A stretch of DNA of 64,000 nt from assembly GCF_006345805.1 (NCBI RefSeq), contig NC_043019.1, positions 29,263,360 to 29,327,359 on the forward strand, read 5' to 3'. Origin of the DNA: Octopus sinensis (taxonomy: Eukaryota). The translations under genes were made by a program, and so were the position numbers. Under the pieces are notes generated by a model. The model saw only the letters and a program-made list of their open reading frames with translations, did no database searches and had not been told where the DNA came from. Positions 13,095-23,556 of the stretch are shown piece after piece (position 1 is the stretch's first letter; each line of letters starts with the position of its first letter).

Positions 13095-13270
13095 TGAGTG
13101 TGTGTGTGCAACAAGCTTCTTTCAGTTTTTACCAATCGAATACACTTACAAGGCTTTGGTCAGTCCAGAAATATAACAGAAAGCACTTGCTCAAGGTGCC
13201 ATGCAGTGGAACTGAACATGGAACCTTGTGGTTGGGAAACAAACTTCTTACCACAAGGCCATGCCTACAC
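13095..13270 (-). mobile_element. SINE family A, 5' half, diverged
   Basis: Reverse complement of the family A head and body. Confidence 0.75.
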
Positions 13271-13804
13271 CTGTAAAAATGAGATAAGGGGCCTCCTCAG
13301 GATTCATAAGGAAAGCAACTACATGCTGTACATTTAAGTGCTTCTGTCTGTATAAGTTTTAATCAAGAAGTTCTTTTTGAAGTCACATGCTAGGACTGAG
13401 CATTTATTATGAGAGTAGCCGTCATATAATAAAAAAAAAAAATTAAAAAGTTGTCATTTTTGAGTTACAGATCTTTGATGATTAGGAGTAAGGAGGTTCA
13501 TTTCATTTGATATCCAAAAATTCTAATACTTTATAATTGATAAAAAATCATTTGAAGAGTTTTTAAAGAGTTTCAGTTTGAAATTATTTGTCTGTTAGAA
13601 TGAGTTGAAATTTCATTTGTAACTTACATTTTTCACCATGTCAAACAGTTTTACTCGTTCGTTTGTTTGTGTGTGTGTGGGGGGGTAACCATATAAAGTA
13701 AAAACACAAAAGATGAGACAAAATACAAGAGATGCTCTAAGTTATTACTTCAATACTGACAGAAACTAAAATGTCTCAACATTTTGACCATAACCCCTTT
13801 ATCA

Positions 13805-13975
13805 CGAAAGCACCCACTACACTCACGGAGTGGTTGGCGTTAGGAAGGGCATCCAGCCGTAGAAACACTGCCAGATCAGACTGGGCCTGGCGCAGCCTCC
13901 TGGCTTCCCAGACCCCAGTTGAACCGTCCAACCCATGCTAGCATGGAAAACGGACGTTAAACGATGATGATGAAA
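13805..13975 (+). mobile_element. RTE 3'-tail fragment
   Basis: aaagcacccactacactcacggagtggttggcgttagg...ggaaaacggacgttaaacgatgatgatga; same tail as 3480-4180. Confidence 0.85.
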
Positions 13976-14054
13976 CATACACTGTCTTGTTTGGCAAATT
14001 TCATTCGCTCTTTATTGGGCAACCCAAAAGGCTATTTAATATCAAATAACTACC

Positions 14055-14527
14055 TATAAGTTGGCAAGCTGGCTGAATTGTTAGCACGCTGGGCAAGATG
14101 CTTAGCAGTATTTTGTCCATCTTTACGTTATGAGTTTAAATTCAACTGAGATCGACTTTGCATTTTATTCTTCCAGGGTTGAGGAAAAAAAGTACCAGTT
14201 GAACACTGGGGACAATGTAATCAACTTACCCACACCCCTGAAATTCCTGGCCTTATACCAAAATTTGAAACCCAATATTAAATATTTACCCATAAGGTAG
14301 TGAGCTAGCAAAATTATTAGCATGCCGGGGAAAAATGCTCAGAGGTATTTCATCTGCCTTTACATTCTGAGTTCAAATTCTGCTGAGGCTGGCTTTGCTT
14401 TTCATTCTTTCAGGGTCAATAAAATAAGTACCAGTTGAGCACTGGGATCAATATAATAAACTTACTCCTCTTCTAAAATTGCAGGCCTTGTGCCAAAATT
14501 TGAAACCGATATTAAATATTTACCCAA
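14055..14527 (+). mobile_element. Two tandem diverged family B-like SINE copies
   Basis: Two ~235-bp units, each with a family B core and ending ccaaaatttgaaacc..atattaaatatttaccca. Confidence 0.7.
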
Positions 14528-14996
14528 GGTGCAATGCAAAATGATCAAATCTGGAGAAACCACACAGCCATGTATGTGCCGCTTTGTTTTATTCTACAAA
14601 CATCAACATGTAGTGCTTCATTTGCTGTACAAGCTCTAAACATCTTTAGCAGTACAGATATTATGACTGATATTTCATACTTCTGTAGACATTTTATTAT
14701 CTCCATGCATGTTCAGGCATCTGCTAATGTTTTTATGGTAAACACACATAATGGCTGTTATCTCTTATCACTATATTTACATCTAAAAATTGAGTCACTG
14801 CATCGCCTGGATTTTTACTTAAACTATTATGGTTACATACATATATCTGTAAGTGTATATGATTATAAATGCACATGTGAGAGAGTGTATGTGTGTATAA
14901 TATGTGTGTGTATGAGGGAGAGAGATAGAGCATGTGTGTGCATGTATGAGTGTGTGTGTGCATGTGTGAGTGTGTGTGTGTGCATATGTGTGTGTG

Positions 14997-15041
<45 letters not shown>

Positions 15042-15494
15042 GGATGTATTTAGTCATAAAATACATGCATGTAACCATTTTAACAAATCAATTTGCTAGA
15101 GTTGTAAAGTAATTTTATCTTACTACTTAGGAGATGAAATATGGAAAAATCTAATTCTAATATAAATAGAAAGATTTAGAAAAGAAAACTCCTTTGATGA
15201 TCTCCTGAGAAAAAAAGCATTATGACCAACACACTACCCTCTTGCCTACAGGTGTGCTATTTCCTCATTCTGCCTTTTCTACCACTATTGCCATAGCTGC
15301 TCCTTGGAGTTGACTGGGTCCAGGCCACCTCTACTAATGTTCACCTGACTCCTTTCTGCTCTTAGTGACCCTCACACTGTTTATCCATCTACAACTACAG
15401 GCCCTACACATAACCAATACTAACATTCCTTCTTCTCCAAAAGTCAGTCATCTGGAATTTCCTCTCAGCCCATATTTGTAGTGAAATGTTTCCC

Positions 15495-15690
15495 CTTTAG
15501 CATTTTATTTATTCACATTATTTTAAATTAACCATGTATTTGCCTCATAGCTTCAAGATTTCAACGATGTGATTGTATATTTTTAGAATGACATTGTAGG
15601 ATAGGAGTGAGAGGCTGGACCTGGCCAGCTTGGACATAAAACAGGTAGAACATTTGGGTCAGATATGACAGGTTTAAATGTTAAACAACT
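15495..15690. mobile_element. TTAA-type MITE, family T1, diverged
   Basis: Shares tagcttcaagattt...gatgtga...gacattgtagg...aaaacaggtagaa with 6504-6715. Confidence 0.65.
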
Positions 15691-15869
15691 GACTTGCAAT
15701 TGTTCAGAAGGAATATCATCTGCATCATTAACCTTAGTGGCTTCTAAGGACATGCAAAGGCCACACAGCCTTCCAATTCATAACATTAAAACAAATATGC
15801 AAAATTTTCTAAAAGTGGTCAGAGATTAAAAGAAAGATGGAAATTGAAGGTTTATGCTCAAATACTCAC

Positions 15870-16083
15870 GTATTGCTGGATTTTGTACTTTTACCAGTTA
15901 GGTTTTCCAAACCATGCAGAGCCTGGTCACGTTCATTTTTCATTAAATGATACTGTCTAAGTGCTGAATCACGTTCTTCTACTGCTTTAGCATTTTCTCT
16001 TAAAACAGCATCTCTTTCTTTGAGAGCAAGTTCAAATCCTAACTGTAGTGCTTGAGAAGGGGGGCAATCATGTGTTAATTGAT
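15870..16083 (-). CDS. Internal coding exon of a coiled-coil protein, tentatively DLG5/CARMA-like MAGUK
   Basis: Acceptor tttcttttattttgtag|AT; donor AATAC|gtgagt; 214 nt, phase 1 in and phase 2 out. Open frame (D)[71 protein letters not shown], with ERD every 14 residues. From memory it resembles DLG5 ERDAVYSEYKLIMSERDQV. Identity not confirmed, so no symbol given. Confidence 0.8.
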
Positions 16084-16939
16084 CTACAAAATAAAAGAAA
16101 TGAAGATATATTAACAAGTTATCAAATATCATGGTCCAATACATACATTTCAATAAAATCAATACAGAGTAGCTCATATCATGTCACCAGTAATATATTG
16201 TGTACATATTGAAGACATTATCTACAAAGGAACCAACATTAGCTATCCCCATAAAAAATATATATCTTAAAAACTTGTGACATATGCATCAAATAACTGA
16301 TACACTCTCTATAGAGAGTGTATCAGTTATGTTTCAGGGTAACTTTATTGGAATTGCCTTCACATATCTTGAGAAATGTAAACTCCATTTTGGTAGCAGG
16401 GTGAATAATCATTGGGAGACAACAAAGAATTAATGGGATTGAGTGAGATTTTAATCATTGTACAGAGGAGAAGGACATGGTGGTAGATCAGGAGAAAAGG
16501 CGGTAAGTTTGAAAAGGCAATATACTGAAGAGAGGCTGACACAGAAACACTGTTTCATAACCAACATATACAGATATTATGACTGATATATAAAAGAATG
16601 TTGACCACAGGAAGTATAAATGTTGCAGCATCTAAAACTTCACCATCATAGGAATTATTACCCGAACAATGCTAGGTCCTGTTTTATACAACCTATTTTG
16701 ACAAGATATCTTTATTTAGACCAATTCAAATCCTAGATATGTTGAGCTGTGTTTTATGTAATATTCTAAGGTAAAATATTTTTATTTAGACCAAGAAGCA
16801 ATTGCATAGGTGAAGGACAAAGTTATGAAAATTGGCAGAAAGTTTTCATGTAAATGATTAGAAACAGAATTAGCATAGGTGAGATGCAGTTCAGATTTGG
16901 GGTATGGTGGAGTACTACTGATGCAGTACGTACCTACAT

Positions 16940-17840
16940 ATGAGACAGGGTTCTACTGATGCTTTCTTTTAACCATACTTATTAATCTAGAAAAGACGTT
17001 TTATAGAGTTCCTCCCTTTGTGCTCTGGTGGTCTCATAGAGAACTTGTTCTCATAATTGAACTTGTTGAATATTTAAATAAGAAATTCCAAATGTGGGAG
17101 CAAAAATTAGAATTGAGAGGCTTCAGAATAAAGCTAGCAAAGACAAAAACAAGAGTTTTAGTTAGCAAGAAAGAAGACAGGATTACTGTCATATGGAAAG
17201 TGGCTATGTTTGCTATACAGAGAAAGAGTACCCAGGAATTCCATGACATGTACCTATGGATCACAAAGAGTGTGGTGGAATCACAGGGTTGATAAATAAA
17301 ACGACATCATACACACCAAATACAGAGGAATGGTTTGTAGTAAGTGCATCCATAAAACAAATTGCTTCAAATGCTCAGAAGGTTCTACAGATGTAGCTGA
17401 GAGCTTCTCTTAGCCAAGTGATGTAATTAGTGGTGGAAGTAATTAAAGCAGGAGCAGAATGGGAAGAGCTAAAAGGGAAATTACTTCTTCTTGCAATAAA
17501 AGTTTTCTCTCTCTCTCTGAGTCAAGAACAGATTATATGATGTTTGATAGCAAAATGTTATGTTGCATGGTAGAGCAACATGGGCACTGAATGAGGAGGA
17601 TGTACAAAGGTTGGAAAGTAATAAGTTGAGCAGATTCCACTGAATAATAAAAGTGGACATGAATGGCGTACAAATTAGAGGAAAGAGAAACAGGATATAA
17701 CAGGAATCGGATGTAGTGTAGAAGGAAGAAAGACAGCATGGTATGGATATGTGATGGAGGATGACAGTTGGGTAAAAAAAAATGTACCAAACAATCACAG
17801 AGTTCTGATGAAGATCCATCTAGCTTGTGTGAAGTATGGA
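16940..17840 (+). mobile_element. Degenerate, internally deleted RTE LINE ORF2 fragment
   Basis: KFQMWEQKLELRGFRIKLAKTKTRVLVSKK resembles the RTE post-RT region. ~17710-17780 carries a diverged RTE C-terminal motif (WYGYVMEDDSWVKK). Confidence 0.7.
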
Positions 17841-17899
17841 ACAATGATGATGATGTATAGCAAGAATCTTGCCTCCAAACTACATGATTACGAGCAAAA

Positions 17900-18445
17900 T
17901 CCCTCTGCTTGGTACCTTGGGCAAGTGTCTTCTGGTATAGCCCTGGGGTGATCAAAGCCTTGTGAGTGGATTTGGTTGATATAAACTGAAAGAAACTCAT
18001 TAATAATGTGTGTGTGCATGTATACATGCCCAACCCTTCACTTGACAACTAGTGCTGGTTTGTTTATATCCATAGCGGTTTGGCAAAAGAGATTGATAGA
18101 ATAGGTACAAGCTTTAACCCTTTAGTGTTCAGATTCATCTGTTAAATATAATACTTTTTTCACTCAAATTATTTTCAATTAATCATACATTATCTTACAG
18201 CTTTGAAGTTTCAATGGTGTGATAGTTTATTCTTAGAATGTCAATGTAGGTTAGGTGTGAGGGGCTGGATATGGCCAGTTTGAATGTAAAACATGTAGGA
18301 TATTTGGGCTGGATATGGCCGGCTTAAGCACCAAAGGGTTACAATATAAGTACTGGAGTAGATTCATTCGACTAAAATCCTTTAAGGCCGTGTGTTCCAA
18401 CATGACTGCAGTCCAATGACCAAAACATGTAAAAGATGAAAAGAT
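17900..18445 (+). mobile_element. SINE family A, 5'-truncated and diverged, with a nested TTAA-type MITE (~18118-18340)
   Basis: The family A body from ~17910 is interrupted by ttaaccctttag...ctaaaggg-like ends and resumes at ~18342. Confidence 0.75.
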
Positions 18446-18449
18446 ACCT

Positions 18450-18836
18450 TTACTCTTTTACTTGTTTCAGTCATTTGACTGAGGCCATGCTGGAGCACCG
18501 CCTTTAGTCGAGCAAACCAACCCCAGGACTTATTCATTGTAAGCCTAGTACTTATTCTATCGGGCTCCTTTTACTGAACCGCTAAGTTACGGGGATGTAA
18601 ACACATCAGCATCGGTTGTCAAGCGATGTTGGGGGACAAACACAGACACACAAACATATATATACATATATACGACAGGCTTCTTTCAGTTTCTGTCTAC
18701 CAAATCCACTCACAAGGCTTTGGTCGGCCTGAGGCTATAGCAGAAGGCACTTGCCCAAGGTTCCACGCAGTGGGACTGAACCCGGAACCATGCAGCTCGT
18801 AAGCAAGCAACTTATCACACAGCCACTCCTAGGCCT
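18450..18836 (-). mobile_element. SINE family A, full-length, minus strand
   Basis: Reverse complement reads ggagtggctgtgtgataag...gaaacaagtaaaagagtaaag. Confidence 0.9.
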
Positions 18837-19659
18837 ATACCAAAAAAAAAAAAAAAAAAAAAAAAAAAGACCAAGGCAATGTCTGTCATTTTTATATGAT
18901 CTACTCAGACAAAATATGTTTAACCAAATGCAAATGTTGTATATTGCTGGGGTTTGAATATGTAAATATATTAATTGGTTACAGAGTTTAAATGCAGATC
19001 TCAAAATGTTCAACCAGTCTGATCAAGTGAGCTTTTTCCTTCTTAGGTTAAAATAACAAATATAGCTTAAGGTTTATATAATACAGCAAAATTACATAAC
19101 AAACAAAAAAACAAATGTCCACCACATGAATTTAGAAGTGATGGGAAGGAATAAAAAAAAAAATTAAATTAAAAATACCTGCAAGTAATATTTATTGAGA
19201 ATTCAAATGTAGAAGATTAAAATAAAAGATTAATACTACATCAGAAAAGAATGTAAGGATTACAAAGACTTGTTTTTTTTTTTTTTTGCTTTTTTTTTTC
19301 AGAAAAATTACTTGAAATGCTTCCAAATTTGCAAATAGTATAGAAAGTAGATTTTAAAAATACAACCAGAAATTCATAGCAACGTTGCAATGTGCAACTT
19401 TAATTAGAATACACCTAAATAGATGATTACAGCAACAAGAGATATAGCAAAGATAAATAAGCAAAAATATTTTAAAATGCAAAAATAAAAAAAAAGAAGC
19501 TTTCAAGAATAAAACTGAACAAAGCAAAATATCTTATTTCAAATATTGCATAAAAATAGATAAATAAAATAATTTGATGACGAAATGACTAAGTCGAGAG
19601 AAACAAATTAGCAAATTGTTGGCGAGCAATTATGTTGGTATGTAGGTACAAATATTGTT

Positions 19660-19850
19660 TTCAAATTGTGGCACAAGGCCAGCAATTTCAGGGGAGGGGA
19701 TAAGTCGATTACATTGATACCAGTACTTGACTGGCACTTATTTTATTGACCCCCAAAAAGATGAAAGGCAAAGTTGACTCCAGTAGAATTTGAACTCAGA
19801 ACATAAAGATGGACAAAATGCTGCTAAGCATTTCACCTGGGGTGCTAATG
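19660..19850 (-). mobile_element. SINE family B, diverged
   Basis: Reverse complement carries the ctttgcctttcatctttttgggggtcaataaa core. Confidence 0.65.
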
Positions 19851-20245
19851 ATCCTGCCAAATGTAGGTACAAATATTTCCATCACAAAGTAAAACCATCC
19901 ATGGAGTCCCTGTGCCACAGTGAAAGCACCCAGTACACTCTGTAAAGTGTTTGGCATTCGGAAGGGAATCCAACCAGAGAAACCATGACAAAACAGACAA
20001 AATGGGGCCTGGTCAGCTCCTGTTAAACTGTCCAACTTATGCCAGCATGAAGAATGGACAATAAATGATGATGGTATTTGGCTTTAGTTGTTGGACACAA
20101 CTGTGAATTGCATGGCCCTAAGTTGAATCTGGTTTAACTTATGCCTTAATTTGGCACTGGTCTGAGTCTCTATTTAAGTGTAAACTGTGTTTTTATGTAT
20201 CATTGTGCGTGTGTGTATGTGTATATATATATATATATATATATA

Positions 20246-20482
20246 CAGTGGTTGGCCAAAATAATGGAAATGCCTTAAAAGTTCAAACAAATTAATTTTA
20301 ATATGGGGTAGGACCACAGTAAGTACAGCTTGAATTCTACGAGGTATGGACTCGTACAAAATTTGAATTGTTTCCAAAGGAATTTTTGTCCATTCTTCAG
20401 CTTAAATAGTCTCCAGTCCTTAGAGTGGTGATGGTGGAGGATATCGACTCCTCACTTGTTTTAAAATGAACCATAAATGTTT
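20246..20482 (-). mobile_element. Tc1-like transposon 3' end with TIR
   Basis: Minus strand SPDLNIIKHLWFILKQVRSRYPPP...EEWTKIPLETIQILYESIPRRIQAV; terminus TA|cagtggttggccaaaataatgg. Confidence 0.8.
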
Positions 20483-20710
20483 AATAATATTGAGATCTGG
20501 GGACGGTTTTATAAATATTTGAAAATTATGATGCTATGATGCAAGGTGTTTCCATTATTTTGTCCAACACATGTATATGTATATATATATATATACGGTT
20601 TAAGTAATTGAGATTCAAGTGAATTCTAATGAATTCACATGAATATGGTCCTTAACTAGGATGCACCGGAAATCTATATGGTGTTAACCATACGACAAGT
20701 GGGGTGATTA

Positions 20711-20867
20711 CAAATAGGAAAAAAGCAACAAGAATGGATTAAAATCTCGGTACAATTGCTGACGAGTACGAGCCATCTGTATTTACTGCATTTTTTGTAG
20801 CTTATTAAAGATGTCCTCGTACGAAACAATTGTACCGAGATTTTAATCCATTCTTGTTGCTTTTTTC

Positions 20868-20874
<7 letters not shown>
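20711..20874. mobile_element. MITE with 47-bp perfect terminal inverted repeats
   Basis: 20712-20758 is the exact reverse complement of 20827-20873. Inner gtacgag/ctcgtac pair; TA-like flanks. Confidence 0.85.
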
Positions 20875-20907
<33 letters not shown>

Positions 20908-21265
20908 CAATCACGTGTACATAAGCAAGCTTTCATTTGCTTTTTAGAAGCGCTGAATGCATATCATATGATGCAGACAAGAAAGTGATATTTTTTAACG
21001 CAGTATCACCATTAAAACAGCAGAAAAATTGGGCAGTATTTTACCCTACAAGGCAGAAAAAGTTGTCAACAAACCGAATAACTTTTCTGCCTGGTAAGGG
21101 TAATATTACCCAATTCTTCAGCTATTTCAACAGTGATACTATGTTCAAAAATATCACTTTCCTGTCTATATCATACAAGATATAATATATATATATATAT
21201 TATATATATATATATATATAAAATATTATTAGAGACAAAACCACTATTTTGCAAAACATATATAT

Positions 21266-21304
<39 letters not shown>

Positions 21305-22103
21305 TACACACATACATTGTGTGACAGCAAGTTTGCTTGATGTCATAAAAGCATATATTTAAAAAACTTTTTCTATAATTTAATAAATAACACAAGCATA
21401 ACTTTCAGACTGACATGTGAAATTAAGTAGAGAGAGAAAATACTGCGAGTTAAGCTTAATATTTTAGTGGACCTCCTTTAGAATGAACAACACAATGGCT
21501 AATCTTCTGGGTGTAGATACCATCAGATTTTGGCAGATTTCCTTAATTTCATCATCTTTGTGCCAAATTTGAAAAAAAAAAAAAAAAAAAAAAAAAAGAT
21601 TAAATGACATCTTGTTTCGATGAAGGTCATAGTGACTTTATGTGCTTTTTGCATATGCTCCAGAGGTTTTTGATTGGATTTAAATCTGGTAAAGATGGAG
21701 GCCAATCAAGCAGTGTTATGCCATGTTGACAAAAGGAATCCATAGAACGCTTGTTAATATGAACTGATGTGTTATCTTGCTGAAAAATGCCAGCAGAATT
21801 TGGAAAACCAGTAATTTAATTGCAGCACAACACAACACAACATAAAATGACGTCCTTTACACAATGTTCAGTATGAAGCTTTCCTTCAAATACTTGACTA
21901 TATCCAGTCCCCCACTTAGTGCAAACATGCCCAGATCACTACTTGCACCTCATGTTTTAATGTCTGTAAGACTCAGTTCAGAGTTAGAGGATGATCATTT
22001 ACTAATCATACAAAATTTGGGTGACCATTTATAATCTGAATCATTGCCTCATTGCTAAAAATGACTGTTTTCCCTTGTTCCACAGTCCAGTTTTGGTGTT
22101 TAA

Positions 22104-22320
22104 CCCTTTCATTACTGTATTTATTTTGAGATGCTCTGTGTTGCTTTCAATTGCTTTAAATATAACAAAGAATTTAGTAAAATAACTTAGTTATCATTCA
22201 GCCAGTGTTAGGAACATAAATTGTGACTAAGGTTTGGTGGAAGATTTTAATTCAAAATTTATGAAAGCAAGACATTTGTACTACAGAGCCAGAGCCGGTT
22301 TCGGGTTGGTAACGAAAGGG
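22104..22320. mobile_element. piggyBac-type MITE, family T2 (TTAA TSD)
   Basis: TTAA|ccctttcattac...gtaacgaaaggg|TTAA; reverse-complement copy at 59221-59441. Confidence 0.9.
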
Positions 22321-22359
22321 TTAAGTGCCTATTCATATCGTTTAGCTATCTGTTGTTTA

Positions 22360-22580
22360 GGCGGCGAGCTGGCAGAACCGTTAGCACGCCGGGCGTAATG
22401 CGTAGCCGCATTTCGTCTGCCGTTACGTTGTGAGTTCACATTCCGCCGAGGTTGACTTTGCCTTTCATCCTTTCAGGGTCGATAAATTAAGCACCAGTTA
22501 CGCACTGGAGTCTATGTAATTGACTTAATCCCTTTGTCTGTCCCCTCTATGTTTAGCCCCTTGTGGGCAATAAAGAAATA
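22360..22580 (+). mobile_element. SINE family B with 14-bp TSD
   Basis: TSD tatctgttgtttag at 22347-22360 and 22581-22594. Confidence 0.92.
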
Positions 22581-23343
22581 TATCTGTTGTTTAGTAAAAA
22601 GTGAGGCATTTTGGCTAGTTTATGGCACAGGTGCCTGTTTCATTTACACACTGCCTGTTACACAGTGTGTACACCTTATGGTATAAGTTGGTTATTAACA
22701 TCACATGAAGTACTTTGAGGGCCTTTGATTGAAATTTGCCTCATAAGACAAAGGTCATGTTCATCGAATATATGGCTGTCATCACCACAATTTTCATTTC
22801 AAGTGTTTGCACTTCCTATGCTTTTGCACTGATTAATAATTTGTGAAGCACTGCTTCGGTTCATTTCCAAGTAGTCTGCATCTGCTGATGCCTCACAGTG
22901 GGGTTTCCAAGAAGCACTATACTTTTGGCTCATTTCCCTTCACAGTTCATTTTCCTGCTAATATCACCAAATTAAATTTTAAAAAATAGATTTCCTTTTT
23001 GTCATGTTATATATATATGTTTATCGTCATGTAATAAATGTTTTCTTTATCATGTTTTTAAAATATTTTTAGATGCAATACAAAATTTACTAAAACAAAA
23101 GGAAAATATTAATTAAAATGAAAATTTTTTCATGCTGACTTTCAGTCAGACACTGTATATAATGTGTGTGTGTGTGTGTTTGTGTGCATGTGCATTTGTG
23201 TGTGTGTATTTGAGGTGCCCATGTCAAGATAGCATGTGATGGATGTAAATGAGCATCATTATCATCAAACAATTGATGTTTTTTTACGGAGATGTACTTG
23301 CATAGCAAGTGACGTGATCCGAGATCGTGTGCTGGAACGAAAA

Positions 23344-23556
23344 CAATTGCAGCATGGAAGGTGTTTATAAGCCATTTAAGAAACGCACAAAAACTGTTAG
23401 ATTCACTTCAACATTTAAATTTAATTTGTCAAAATATTTTCGTCGCTTTGAGACCACGGAAAATATTTTGACAAATTAAATTTAAATGTTGAAATGAATC
23501 TAATGGTTTTTGCGTGTTTCTTAAATGGCTTATAAACACCTTCCACGCTGCAATTG
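23344..23556. mobile_element. Fold-back element with 98-bp inverted arms and a 17-nt loop
   Basis: 23344-23441 pairs with 23459-23556 with few mismatches. Confidence 0.8.

Larger units (their letters stand above)
21480..23156 (-). mobile_element. Highly decayed Tc1-like transposon carrying nested MITE and SINE insertions
   Basis: Minus strand QQDNTSVH...WPPSLPDLNPIKNLW-like motif at ~21660-21790; TA|cagtgtctgactgaaag terminus at ~23156. Confidence 0.6.

Noticed and set aside
14534-15112. 192-aa plus-strand ORF
   Set aside because: Its 3' half is (TG)n microsatellite and it has no domain features.
19171-19195. Second AG|GT motif (ttacttgcag|gtattt)
   Set aside because: The donor and pyrimidine tract are weak; probably chance.
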